Shown here: positions 1-9,773 of the stretch, piece by piece
Numbering within the stretch: the stretch's first letter is position 1
Layout: every line of letters starts with the position of its first letter
Assembly: GCA_965207105.1 (NCBI GenBank)
Contig: CBDBLS010000043.1
Location: 30,318 to 94,317 of the forward strand
DNA length: 64,000 bases
Direction of reading: 5' to 3'
Source of the DNA: Roseovarius sp.
Lineage (GTDB): Bacteria > Pseudomonadota > Alphaproteobacteria > Rhodobacterales > Rhodobacteraceae
Made by a program: the position numbers and the translations under genes
Notes under the pieces: generated by a model
The model's input: the letters and a program-made list of their open reading frames with translations, nothing else
Databases searched by the model: none
What the model was told of the DNA's origin: nothing

Positions 1-504
1 AAAAGCAGAAACCGGAACAGGTTACCGAGCGCATCGACCAAGGCCACGACCTTGGTCGTCAGTCCGCCGCGAGAGCGTCCGATAGCCTGGTGTTGAGTCC
101 CCCTTTTGCGCCCGAAGCCTTCTGATGAGCTTGAACAATCGTCCCGTCGATAAGGGCATATTCCAGGTCCGGCTCGCCACTCATGGCATTGAAAAGACTC
201 TCGAACACGCCGTTCCTGGCCCATCGACGAAATCGCTTGAACTGGCTGTTCCAGTTGCCAAACTCTTTGGGCAAATCCCGCCATGGGGACCCTGTGCGTA
301 CGCGCCATAATACTGCTTCCATAAACCGGCGATTATTGCGCGCGGTAACACCCGGATCGCCTGCCTTGCCCGGTATAAGCGGCTCAATCTTCTCCCAAAG
401 CTCATCGGAAACAGCCAAACGATTTGCGTCCATCAACACCTCCATTTTGGAAGCTTGAATCAGACTTCAGGCAAAATGGGAACCCCGAATGTCAACAGGC
501 CCTA
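1..504 (-). mobile_element. IS5-family (IS427-group) element, runs off the left window edge
   Basis: Terminus (TA)GGGCCTGTTGACA on - strand at ~490-504; orfA 59..445; AAAAGGGGG slippery site at 99-107 leading into orfB (..AIGRSRGGLTTKVVALVDALG..). Confidence 0.85.
59..445 (-). CDS. IS5-family transposase, N-terminal frame (programmed -1 frameshift into orfB)
   Basis: RTGSPWRDLPKEFGNWNSQFKRFRRW and IDGTIVQAHQ motifs. Confidence 0.85.
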   Translation of the reverse strand: MEVLMDANRLAVSDELWEKIEPLIPGKAGDPGVTARNNRRFMEAVLWRVRTGSPWRDLPKEFGNWNSQFKRFRRWARNGVFESLFNAMSGEPDLEYALIDGTIVQAHQKASGAKGGLNTRLSDALAAD

Positions 505-1729
505 GTTCTGACTTTATCTGACACCGTCCCCTTCTCAGCTAGCTGAGAAGGGGACGGCACATCTCTTGAAGGAGATGATGGTTATCCGTTTTGATGGTGG
601 TGCACACCAACCACAAAACGAGGAAACCATCATGTTGAACACTACCGACAAGATCATCAAACACAAAACCGGCCTGCTGAACCTGGCCGAGGAACCGGGT
701 AATGTCTCGAAGGCCTGCCAGGTCATGGGCTACAGCCGGGACACGTTCTACCGTTACAAATCTGCGGTCGAGGACGGCGGCGTTGAAGCCCTGTTCGAAC
801 GCACCCGGCGCAAACCCAATCCGGCAAACCGGGTTGATGACGCCACCGAACAGGCGGTGATCAAATCCGCCACCGACTTCCCGGCTTACGGCCAGGCCCG
901 CACCTCGAACGAGTTGCGCAAGTCGGGGGTGTTTGTATCGCCATCCGGGGTCCGGTCGATCTGGCTGCGCCATGATCTGGCAAACTTCAAAACCCGGCTC
1001 AAGGCACTGGAGGCCAAAGTGGCCGCTGACGGCGGCATCCTGACGGAGGCACAAGTGCAGGCACTGGAAAAGAAGAAGCTGGATGATGAGGCCTGCGGTG
1101 AGATCGAGACTGCCCACCCTGGCTATCCGGGTTCACAGGACACGTTCTACGTCGGCACCCTGAAGGGCGTTGGGCGGGTCTATCAGCAGACTTATGTGGA
1201 CACCTGTTGCAAGGTGGCGCATGCCAAACTCTACACCACCAAGACGCCGATCACAGCGGCTGATCCGCTCAATGACCGGGTGCTGCCGTTCTACGAAGAG
1301 CACGACCTGCCAGTGCTGCGTATCCTGACAGATCGCGGAACGGAATATTGCGGGCGTGTCGACAAACACGACTTCCAGCTCTTCCTGGCAATTAACGACA
1401 TCGACCATACCAAAACCAAGGTGAAATCGCCTCGGACAAACGGCATCTGCGAGCGGTTTCACAAGACGATCCTGCAGGAGTTTTACCAGATCACGTTCCG
1501 CAAAAAGGTCTATCAATCCATCGAGGAGTTGCAGGCTGATCTGGATGAATGGCTGCGACACTATAATACCGAACGAACTCATCAGGGCAAAATGTGTTGC
1601 GGTGGAACCCCGTTCCAGACCATGATTGAGGGCAAGCAGATCTGGAAGGAAAAGTCAGTGAACTGAACTTGGCCTGACAGACGCCGCCGGAAAAACGGCC
1701 AACTGTCAGATCAAGTCTGAATTACTACA
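503..1729 (+). mobile_element. IS481-family element
   Basis: Right end TGTCAGATCAAGTCTGAATTACTACA (1704-1729); left end TAGTTCTGACTTTATCTGACA lacks its first TG. Confidence 0.85.
632..1666 (+). CDS. IS481-family DDE transposase (several L->P, Q->R substitutions; probably degraded)
   Basis: GNVSKACQVMGYSRDTFYR HTH; QDTFYVG, LTDRGTEY, NGICERFHKT core. Confidence 0.9.
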   Translation: MLNTTDKIIKHKTGLLNLAEEPGNVSKACQVMGYSRDTFYRYKSAVEDGGVEALFERTRRKPNPANRVDDATEQAVIKSATDFPAYGQARTSNELRKSGVFVSPSGVRSIWLRHDLANFKTRLKALEAKVAADGGILTEAQVQALEKKKLDDEACGEIETAHPGYPGSQDTFYVGTLKGVGRVYQQTYVDTCCKVAHAKLYTTKTPITAADPLNDRVLPFYEEHDLPVLRILTDRGTEYCGRVDKHDFQLFLAINDIDHTKTKVKSPRTNGICERFHKTILQEFYQITFRKKVYQSIEELQADLDEWLRHYNTERTHQGKMCCGGTPFQTMIEGKQIWKEKSVN

Positions 1730-1782
1730 GTTTTGGTTGCCGGTATTCGTCTCTTGACAAGGCGGATAGCAAGGCATTCTGT

Positions 1783-2925
1783 TCAAACATAAACTTTTGA
1801 GTCAGACTCTAAGGTCTCATAAAGAGGAGCGTAGTTCTCAATCAATCGTAACTCATCTTCGACATCCTCAAAGCGCGGCTTGTTTTCGGGAACCGCAAAC
1901 GCCCGATACTCAGCATATAGTTCCCGCATTGAGATTTTCTCACCGGTTTCGGCTGCCAGTGCGTGTGCAAGAAAATGATCAATCCTAGGACGGGTTGGAC
2001 GTGCATTTGGTGCCGCCTCCTTCCACCAACTCAAATCAAATGGGGTCCAAAGTTTGCTATAAAGTTCTTCGACAGACGCGCTCTGCTTCTCTGCACGATG
2101 GAAGATATTGTTGCGCACTAAGTCCATAGCTAAAAGCGGTTGGCCCTGAGAGTTTAATGTTTCAAAAATCACTTGTGCATCATCGTTTTCTCCCAACGTG
2201 ATGACCACCAATTTCAAGCGATCAAGAACAGCAGTTAGGATTGCCTCCAACCGTTGCTCGATCAGATCAATTTCGACTTCTCCGCCCTCGTCAATCTCGG
2301 GGGCATCAGCATCAAGGTCAATTTCGCTTTCGTCGTCAGGGCCGTGAAATGAGAAATCGTCTATCCAGCTGTAGAACAAGTGATACGCTCGGAAGGCTGG
2401 GAATTCGGTGTTTTTAGGCACTTTGCTACCCCAATAGAGGTGCCTATATTTAGTTGAAACTTCAGTATAGGTCAGCTCGATTAAGTCGTAAAAATTTTCC
2501 CTATCTGATGGTGTTGGATTAAGTTTGAATTTGGCGAGTGGGTCACTGTCCTTACTCTTGGGCACATTCAACAAATACCCGTCGATATGTTCAATCAGAT
2601 CATTCAGATCGTGGTGCCGGGCGACTTCGCGAAGGGCCGCTAACATAATCTGAAAGGTGGTGAGGCGCTGTTGCCCATCCACGACCTGAACAACTGGCGT
2701 AATGCCGATTTGCGATCCCTGACCAACGGGTGAAAGGATCAGCGCGCCCATATAATGCTCAAACTTCGCGTCACCTTCCAGTACCTCTATGGCTTTAGCC
2801 GTGACATCTTCCCAGAAAGGTTCGAGTCGCTTGTCCCCCCATTGGTATTTGCGTTGGTAAAGGGGCACCATGAAACGACGTGCTTCTTTCAGCACTACTT
2901 CAACAGGATGATCGTCAGCGTCCAT
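1783..2925 (-). CDS. DUF262 (GmrS/ParB-like) domain protein, GmrSD-type defence protein, probably C-terminally truncated
   Basis: VPLYQRKYQW, VVDGQQRLTT, IFETLNSQGQPL motifs; no HNH/DUF1524 part before the IS481 end; visibly more AT-rich than host genes. Confidence 0.85.
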   Translation of the reverse strand: MDADDHPVEVVLKEARRFMVPLYQRKYQWGDKRLEPFWEDVTAKAIEVLEGDAKFEHYMGALILSPVGQGSQIGITPVVQVVDGQQRLTTFQIMLAALREVARHHDLNDLIEHIDGYLLNVPKSKDSDPLAKFKLNPTPSDRENFYDLIELTYTEVSTKYRHLYWGSKVPKNTEFPAFRAYHLFYSWIDDFSFHGPDDESEIDLDADAPEIDEGGEVEIDLIEQRLEAILTAVLDRLKLVVITLGENDDAQVIFETLNSQGQPLLAMDLVRNNIFHRAEKQSASVEELYSKLWTPFDLSWWKEAAPNARPTRPRIDHFLAHALAAETGEKISMRELYAEYRAFAVPENKPRFEDVEDELRLIENYAPLYETLESDSKVYV

Positions 2926-2946
2926 ATTTCAGTCTTTCTCAAATGG

Positions 2947-3078
2947 GGTCTATCCCCGCGTGCGCGGGGGAACCCAGTACGAGGAATGCGAGCCTCAGCA
3001 GCGCGCAGGTCTATCCCCGCGTGCGCGGGGGAACCGGATTGCGCAGCCCGTGGTTTACTGATCCCCTGGGTCTATCCC
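2947..3078 (-). CRISPR. Orphan type I-E CRISPR array remnant: 2 full repeats, 2 spacers of 33 bp, 1 truncated repeat
   Basis: Identical 28-bp GGTCTATCCCCGCGTGCGCGGGGGAACC at 2947-2974 and 3008-3035; partial GGTCTATCCC at 3069-3078; 61-bp period; reverse complement GGTTCCCCCGCGCACGCGGGGATAGACC resembles I-E repeats. Confidence 0.92.
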
Positions 3079-3604
3079 GATTGTGTCTCGAAAGTGGTGG
3101 AAATTATTCCATGGCGTCTCCGAGCGTGTTGATGTTTGGCCGCGTTACGCGACGGGGTCAAGGTTTTCGGTTACGAGTGGCTGATGGAGTGTTTCCCAAC
3201 CATCGACCTTGCGCATCTGGATTTGCCCGGAAGCCATCAAGGCCCGGAACAGCATCGGCACGGTCTCTGGGGACGGCAGCACGGTTTGCGTCTTGATACG
3301 GCGTCTGAATTCTTCATTGAGGCGCTCAATGGCATTGGTCGTTCCCGTCCGTAGCGACAACGGCCAGGGAGACCCTCAAGCCCTTCCTCAAAAACCGCTT
3401 CAATCGTCGCGCGAATGTTGGCGCGAAGCCGATCCTCGATCGGATCGTAGCCCTCTTCATGTGCCGGTAGCGAAAGAGGTGAAGTTTCTGTAGCGTTCGT
3501 CATGGTGTGATCTCCCAAGGCGGCTAAAACCGCCGGTTTGGGTGCCTGGAACTCACCCGGAGATTACGCCAACTTCAAATTTCCACCAGACTCAAGACAC
3601 CACC
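3079..3604 (-). mobile_element. IS256-family internal-deletion derivative (MITE-like)
   Basis: Imperfect 27-bp terminal IRs; N-terminal (DPIEDRLRANIRATIEAVFEE) and C-terminal (TTNAIERLNEEFRRRIKTQ) transposase pieces joined; no TSD. Confidence 0.85.
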
Positions 3605-3782
3605 AAATGGCGACGTAAAACGGGCAATACAGGATTACGCAACTTGAGGCATGAAACCCGTCACACCATTTTCGTTTGCGTAAAACCAACGGTGGGGTGC
3701 ATGCTTGCCTGTGGGATTGGTGTGAACAGGATGAATGGAGACCCTGAAATGCCTGGGATTTCGTCGTGGAAAGTCGCGCAGG

Positions 3783-3943
3783 TAGTGTTGACGTCCCTTG
3801 ACAGACCCCCGGCGTGGTCGCGCGTTTGTCCCCCCGGGGAGTATCGCGGCCTCTCCCCGCGCAACTATCTACACATCAACCCCTATGGCCGTTTCGGGGT
3901 CGAGCCGGACAAACGGATCGATTCCGGGCCCATGGCCTCATGA
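3783..3943 (+). pseudogene. Tn3-family transposase C-terminal remnant
   Basis: RGLSPRNYLHINPYGRF resembles the Tn3 TnpA terminal HINPYGRF motif. Confidence 0.65.
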
Positions 3944-3954
3944 CTGGAGCATAT

Positions 3955-4404
3955 ATGTCTTCCCAACTGCTTGCCGAATGTATGGAACAATATGAAACCC
4001 ATGGTTTTGATCCCGAATTTCAATCGTATTTCATGCGGCTGAAGTCCCGCTTGCTTGCCAGCAGCGAAGTCGCGTGCGGTCTGGTGGTGCTCACCGCGCA
4101 GGAAGATGACCACTCGGGCGCCGGGCATCAGGTACTGAGCCTGCTGCTGGATGAAGCACGCATGGGGCAGGAAAATCACAGTGAATATGCGGAGGACTTC
4201 CTGGAGACGGTGGAAATGGCCGTTCAGGCGGGGCTGGCCGCCGGAGCGATACAGCAAACGAACCTGATCGAATTTGCGGGCCTCTTTCGGAGGGTTGGCC
4301 TGACGGTGCCGCAATCATTTATGATCGACCCCGACAACCTGGCTCCACCACCGGATACGGGGGACGTCGATCTCTCGGGAAATTCTGGTAGTGTCTCAGT
4401 TTGA
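3955..4404 (+). pseudogene. Hypothetical protein, 5' part, truncated by IS-end sequence
   Basis: GGAG RBS before ATG 3955; protein-like ORF ending in probable IS terminus TAGTGTCTCAGTTTGAAAT at ~4389. Confidence 0.5.
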
Positions 4405-4471
4405 AATTGAACGGGGTTGAACCCCCGAACCAAGCGGGATCGTTGTATGAGATTTGACAAAAAGTGAATTA

Positions 4472-5609
4472 TACACGGAGTCCTCGAGCACCCGAGTTTT
4501 TGGGTTGACGTCTGGGCGTAGAACGATTCAGCTACCCGCATGATCCGTCCCGGTTTTCTTTCTCCCACGGAACGCCTTGAGCTTGAGGCCTGTGTTCGCA
4601 GCCAACGCGAAGACCACGGCGTCGCCCGGCGCGCCAATGCGATCCTGCTGCTTGATGACGGGAAGTCCTGTCAGACCATCGCTGAGTTTCTTTATCTGGA
4701 CGACGATACCATTCGCGGCTGGCACAAGACTTACCGGAACGGCGGCCGGGACGCGCTTTCGACGGACGGTTGGAAGGGCGGTCAGTCCCGCATGACGTCA
4801 GATCAAGAGACGGAGCTATGCGCGTGGTTGGACGAACGCTTCTGTCGATCGACAGTGGAGATCAGGGCGCATATCGCAGCTCAGTTTGGCATGGGCTACT
4901 CTCATTCCGGCTGCATCAGGCTTCTGGCCCGTTTGGGGTTTGAATATCGAAAGCCGAAAGGGCTTCCACGCGTTGCATCTGCTGAGAAGCAGGCCGAATT
5001 CATCGATATGTACGAGCGCTTGCTGAACGAACTGTGCGCAGATGAAGCTGTGTATTTTGCCGATGCGGTGCATCCCGAATACCAGACAAAACCAAGCTAT
5101 GGCCGGGTCAAGGCAGGCTCAAACCCCGCAGTCCCGACCACTGCAGGGCGAGGCCGCGTGAATATCCATGGCGCGCTCAATCTTGAAACCTTCGACACAC
5201 CTTTTGTCGAGCCAACCACCGTCGACGGGGTCAGCGCCGCGCAGCTTCTCGCCAAGATTGAGGCGCGCAATCCTGACAAACACCTCATTCATGTGATTTG
5301 GGACAACGCGCCCTATCACAAAGGGCCAGATGTCAGGGCGTTTCTCGCAAGACCAGACTGCCGCATCCACCTTATCCAGTTGCCGCCATACTGCCCGCAC
5401 CTGAACCCGATTGAACGATTATGGGCCGTCATGCACCAATGCGTCACCCACAATCGCCACTACTCAACGCAAAAGCAGTTCGCGAATGCGATCCTCAGGT
5501 TCTTTCGAGAAACCCTGCCCAAAGAATGGAAAACCTTCCAAACTCAGGTGTCAGACAACTTCAGGGTTGTCACACACCAAAAATTTCGGGTTTTGGGGTA
5601 AGTCCGGTA
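4472..5609 (+). mobile_element. IS630-family element, isoform A
   Basis: TA-flanked, TACACGGAG...TCCGGTA ends. Confidence 0.9.
4540..5601 (+). CDS. IS630-family transposase (W->R, K->R changes relative to isoform B)
   Basis: YFADAVHP, IWDNAPYH, LPPYCPHLNPIERLW. Confidence 0.92.
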   Translation: MIRPGFLSPTERLELEACVRSQREDHGVARRANAILLLDDGKSCQTIAEFLYLDDDTIRGWHKTYRNGGRDALSTDGWKGGQSRMTSDQETELCAWLDERFCRSTVEIRAHIAAQFGMGYSHSGCIRLLARLGFEYRKPKGLPRVASAEKQAEFIDMYERLLNELCADEAVYFADAVHPEYQTKPSYGRVKAGSNPAVPTTAGRGRVNIHGALNLETFDTPFVEPTTVDGVSAAQLLAKIEARNPDKHLIHVIWDNAPYHKGPDVRAFLARPDCRIHLIQLPPYCPHLNPIERLWAVMHQCVTHNRHYSTQKQFANAILRFFRETLPKEWKTFQTQVSDNFRVVTHQKFRVLG

Positions 5610-5633
5610 TATAATTAAATATTAATATTAATA

Positions 5634-5917
5634 TACACGGAGTCCTCGAGCACCCGAGTTTTTGGGTTGACGTCTGGGCGTAGAACGATTCAGCTACCCG
5701 CATGATCCGTCCCGGTTTTCTTTCTCCCACGGAACGCCTTGAGCTTGAGGCCTGTGTTCGCAGCCAACGCGAAGACCACGGCGTCGCCCGGCGCGCCAAT
5801 GCGATCCTGCTGCTTGATGACGGGAAGTCCTGTCAGACCATCGCTGAGTTTCTTTATCTGGACGACGATACCATTCGCGGCTGGCACAAGACTTACCGGA
5901 ACGGCGGCCGGGACGCG
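5634..5917 (+). mobile_element. IS630 isoform A, 5' fragment, cut by IS21
   Basis: Matches the first ~284 bp of 4472-5609; ends at the IS21 TGT terminus. Confidence 0.9.
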
Positions 5918-6081
5918 TGTCAATCGCAGAGTAAAATGGGTCCATGTCGCGGCGTAAAAATGGGCCACTTCGGTTGATGTTTTGTGGCGCTTTTGCACGC
6001 GTGCTCGTCACAAAGCTGAAGCGTGCCAAAGCGCATGCTGGCCATAAGGCCAGCATTATTCTGACTGTGATTGCGGGCTGG

Positions 6082-6834
6082 TTATTTTCGGTTGTTGCGA
6101 CTGTGTTTGAGCCGATAGCTTTCGCCATTCATCTCGAGGATGTGGACGTGATGGGTTAAACGATCGAGTAGCGCACCGGTCAGCCGCTCAGAGCCAAAGA
6201 CTTCAGTCCATTCATCGAAGGGCAGGTTCGAGGTTATGATGATGGAGCCGCGTTCATAGCATTGGGATATGACCTCGAAGAGCAGCTCTGCGCCAGATTT
6301 GCTGAGCGGTACGAAGCCCAGTTCATCAATGATCAACAGGTTCTGGCTGGTCAGTTGCTTTTGAAGGCGCTGCAATCTCCGCTCATCTTGAGCCTCGATC
6401 AGATCATGGACTAATGCCGCAGCCGTTGTGAAGCGCACCTTCAGTCCTCTTTGACATGCAGCCAGCCCAAGTCCCAGGGCGATGTGTGTCTTGCCCGTGC
6501 CTGACGGGCCGAGCGCGATGATGTTCTCCCTGCGATTAACGTAATCGCATCGTGCCAGATCCATCGTCAGGGGCTTGTTCAAGCTTGGCATGATCTTGAA
6601 GTCAAAGCTATCCAAGCTCTTGGTGCTGGGGAACTTCGCCGCTTTGATGCGCCGTTCAATCATCCGGCGTTCGCGGTCGATCAATTCCATCTCACACAGC
6701 CGCGCCAGATAGTGGATGTGATCTTTGTTCTCTGCAGCACAGAGCTGCGCCTGTTTGGCATACTCGCCTTGGAACGTTGGCAGTCGCAGTTGTTTAAGAT
6801 GATGCCGTAGAAGAATCCGAGGGGCTTCGGTCAT
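6082..6834 (-). CDS. istB: IS21 helper ATPase
   Basis: GPSGTGKT Walker A, LIIDELGF Walker B, ALLDRLTHH. Confidence 0.95.
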   Translation of the reverse strand: MTEAPRILLRHHLKQLRLPTFQGEYAKQAQLCAAENKDHIHYLARLCEMELIDRERRMIERRIKAAKFPSTKSLDSFDFKIMPSLNKPLTMDLARCDYVNRRENIIALGPSGTGKTHIALGLGLAACQRGLKVRFTTAAALVHDLIEAQDERRLQRLQKQLTSQNLLIIDELGFVPLSKSGAELLFEVISQCYERGSIIITSNLPFDEWTEVFGSERLTGALLDRLTHHVHILEMNGESYRLKHSRNNRK

Positions 6835-8246
6835 GCCGCGGTCCTTCCCATCAAGCTCATGTAACTGGATGGGCGTGTTGTGCCGACATTGGCCTTGGGC
6901 AAGTATGGATAGAAGTCCAAATCCAATCGTGGTGGCCGCTTCTCAACCCGACACAGTACAAGGTGTTTTACGGCGTCATAGCCAATTGCACCCATATCTA
7001 TTGCCTGCTGGATTGCGCCTTGCACAACATCCATTTCGAAGGTCTCCAAAAGGCGCAAGACTTGAACGTATTCTCGCTTGCCCGGCTTACCCATTCTGGC
7101 TTCAAGCAGTCGGTGCAGCGTGGCAAATACATCTGGCAAATGCCAACCCTGCAAAGGCGCGGCCTGATCCAGGGCACCCACCTTTTGTTCAAGCAGGGGC
7201 AAAAAGTGCAATGGGTCAAAGACCATATCCGCTGATGTGTAGGATCGTTTGTGCCGCGCAATAATCTCATTGCCGCAGCCGATGATAACCTCATGCACAA
7301 ACCCACGCACATGAACATCGTGGTGCGCATAGGCTACTGGCACCGAGTAATCATTGCTGCGATAGCGCACCATTGAGATCGACGTTGCACGCGTGCTGAC
7401 GTGATCGCAGGCTTCATATTCTGCGACGGGCAATCCCATCAGAGCATCCAAATCCGACATCAGGCGTGCGCCTATGGTTTGGGTGTGACCCCGCAACGTA
7501 TCGGCCTGACGTGCTAAACACTTCTCTTCCAAATGTGCGTTCAGATCATCAAAGCTGTCATAGCGAGGTGCGGGAACCATGAAGTTGCGGCGGGTGTATC
7601 CAACCATGCCCTCAACGTTGCCTTTATCGTTCCCTCGCGCGGGTCTGCCAAACTTGTCATCAAACAAGTAATGCGACTGCAGTTCCGTAAACCGACGTGT
7701 GCGGATGCGCGTCTTATCCCCGAGTATCCGAGCCACGGCGATCTTGGTATTGTCGTAGAGAATGGATTGCGGAATGCCGCCAAAGAATGCAAAGGCGGAC
7801 ACATGGCCATCGCAAAACGCCTCGGTTGTCTCAGCTGGATATCCCTTCACAAACACCGCATCAGAATGTGGCAAGCTCATCACGAAGAAGTGGATCTTGC
7901 ATTCCACGCCACCGATCACGCCCAGCGTCTCACCAAAATCAACCTGCGCATGGCCCGGCCGATGCGACAACGGCACAAACACCTCTTTGGTGCGCCGTTT
8001 TTGCTCGCGCACGTAATAGGTCACCGTGGTCAGGCTGCCGGCATATCCATGCTCATCGCGCAGCCGTTCAAAGATGCGCTTGGCCGTGTGTCGCTGCTTT
8101 TTGATCAGGGCTTTGTCTGTGCGCAGTATCTCATCGACCACACCAACATAACCATCAAGCGTTGGCCGCCGAGGCGCTTCCGACCGACGATACCCAGGCG
8201 GAAGTTCATGGCGCAGCATCTTCGCGATCGTCTTACGATCTTTGTT

Positions 8247-8491
8247 CTCTAATCTGTCAATGCGTGTTTCCTGAGTTTCCTGCTTTTGATGTCAGAGGTT
8301 GCCTTTGTTCTCTTCGAACTCTGAGGTTCATGATGGGGTTGGCTGGGTGTGGGTCGGCAATGTTGAAACCGCAATCATACCGTTGGTCTTGGCTGTTGCT
8401 ACAGAATCGGCGCCGTGTCTCACGCCCTCCCTCGGGCATCGTCCCAGATGGGAACTTTGATTTAGGAATCCTCGTTGTCGCCTCGTAAGCC
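8247..8491 (-). ncRNA. Putative bridge/seek RNA of IS1111 copy 1
   Basis: Reverse-complement copy of 40488-40732. Confidence 0.65.
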
Positions 8492-9505
8492 TTACGCGGA
8501 CTGGAAGTCAGTTTTGTCTCGCATAATGGCATGAAGTATGATTGCCAGACGACGCGCCAGAGCCACTCGGGCCTTTCTCATCGTTGAGCGCGCACCGATT
8601 GCGAGGGCCCATGTCTTCAATTTGAGCGGAGCGGCATACCGCGTCAGCATCACATTGGCGGCCTCATAGAGAAGCGTTCTGACGCGCACGTCGCCCCGCT
8701 TTGAGATGCTGCCCGTGTAGTCGATTTCACCAGATTGATGCCGTCGCGGCACCAGTCCAAGATACGCCCCCACATCACGCGATTTCCTGAAACGCGACGG
8801 ATCATCAATTGCTGCGGCAAAGGCCAATGCTGTGATCGGACCGACCCCTGGTACCGTCATAAGGCGCTGGCAGACTTCGGATTTGCGGGTCATCTTTTTG
8901 ATGTCGCCATCAATGGCTGCAACCGCCGCGAGGATTGCTTCGCGTGCTGCGAACAGTCCGCAAATTGCGGCATGGAGGCCAGGCACTCCATCGCTAACTT
9001 TTAGCGCCGCGTTTTTGAATGCCGGAGACAAAGCTCGTGGCAGCCGCACGCCGAAGACGACGACCAGACCGCGGATCTGATTGTCGAGCGTCACACGCTG
9101 TCCGACCAGCTTCTTGCGGGCTGCGATCAGCGACCGGATTGCGTGCGCTGACAGTGATTTGACATGGGTCGGCTTGTAGAATCCCGTCCGCGCCAGGTGT
9201 GCCAAACCGCGGGCATCATTGCGGTCCGTCTTGTGGCCGGCCAGAGATTTAAGGGCCTGATATGCTTGCCTGCTCTCGATGCAAACAACCGGGACACCAA
9301 GCTCCGTCAGCCCATGGTAAAGCATTGGTGCCATCCGTCCCGTTTCAAATACAACTTTGGCACATGGTGGTCCAGAAGCGAGGAAGTCAGCGATCGCTTT
9401 TGGTGTTGAGCTCGCTTTTCCTTCACGAATAAGGGCCCCTTCACGATCCAGAATGCAGATATGCGTCTCTTCCATGGACACATCCAAACCAGCAAAATAT
9501 TCCAT
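8492..9505 (-). CDS. IS110-family DEDD recombinase/transposase
   Basis: GLDVS, VFETG, KTDRNDA, PGVGPITA, YLGLVPRRHQSG. Confidence 0.95.
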   Translation of the reverse strand: MEYFAGLDVSMEETHICILDREGALIREGKASSTPKAIADFLASGPPCAKVVFETGRMAPMLYHGLTELGVPVVCIESRQAYQALKSLAGHKTDRNDARGLAHLARTGFYKPTHVKSLSAHAIRSLIAARKKLVGQRVTLDNQIRGLVVVFGVRLPRALSPAFKNAALKVSDGVPGLHAAICGLFAAREAILAAVAAIDGDIKKMTRKSEVCQRLMTVPGVGPITALAFAAAIDDPSRFRKSRDVGAYLGLVPRRHQSGEIDYTGSISKRGDVRVRTLLYEAANVMLTRYAAPLKLKTWALAIGARSTMRKARVALARRLAIILHAIMRDKTDFQSA

Positions 9506-9773
9506 TGGTCAGTCTCCTTTTCAATTGCATGTGCATCCAGAATAACAGGGGTAACTGAGTGCTGATCCTGATTACGCCATGTTGAAAAACCGCGCCGCTT
9601 CTCGGCCAGACATACCGTCCTTCAAACAAGCACGGCGCACACGACTATAAATATCCACAGAATACATCTCCCGCCCTCCGAATAAACGAAGGGCACAAAC
9701 TGGCGGACTTTTACTCCGCTACAACTGCGATATGCAGCCGCTTCTGTGGCCCAATATTGCTCCGCGTTTTACA

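Larger units (their letters stand above)
8243..9579 (-). mobile_element. IS110-family (IS1111-type, long 3' end) element, copy 1
   Basis: AACA core at both junctions; short left end, ~245-nt non-coding right end with TTGACA near the terminus. Confidence 0.9.
6831..9667 (-). pseudogene. istA: IS21 transposase interrupted by IS1111 after codon 29
   Basis: MYSVDIYSRVRRACLKDGMSGREAARFFN | KDRKTIAKMLRHELPPG; removing the insert restores the frame. Confidence 0.92.
5918..9773 (-). mobile_element. IS21-family element (type X) carrying an IS1111 insertion in istA, copy 1
   Basis: TGT...ACA ends with internal repeats; istA/istB; no TSD. Confidence 0.93.

Noticed and set aside
3036-3068. Spacer 2 reads GLRSPWFTDPL, faintly phage primase/VapE-like; possible self-targeting
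   Set aside because: Too short to assign; no in-window match noticed by eye; needs BLAST.
2755-3296. ORFs with repeated SIPACAGEP
   Set aside because: Translation of CRISPR repeats, not proteins.
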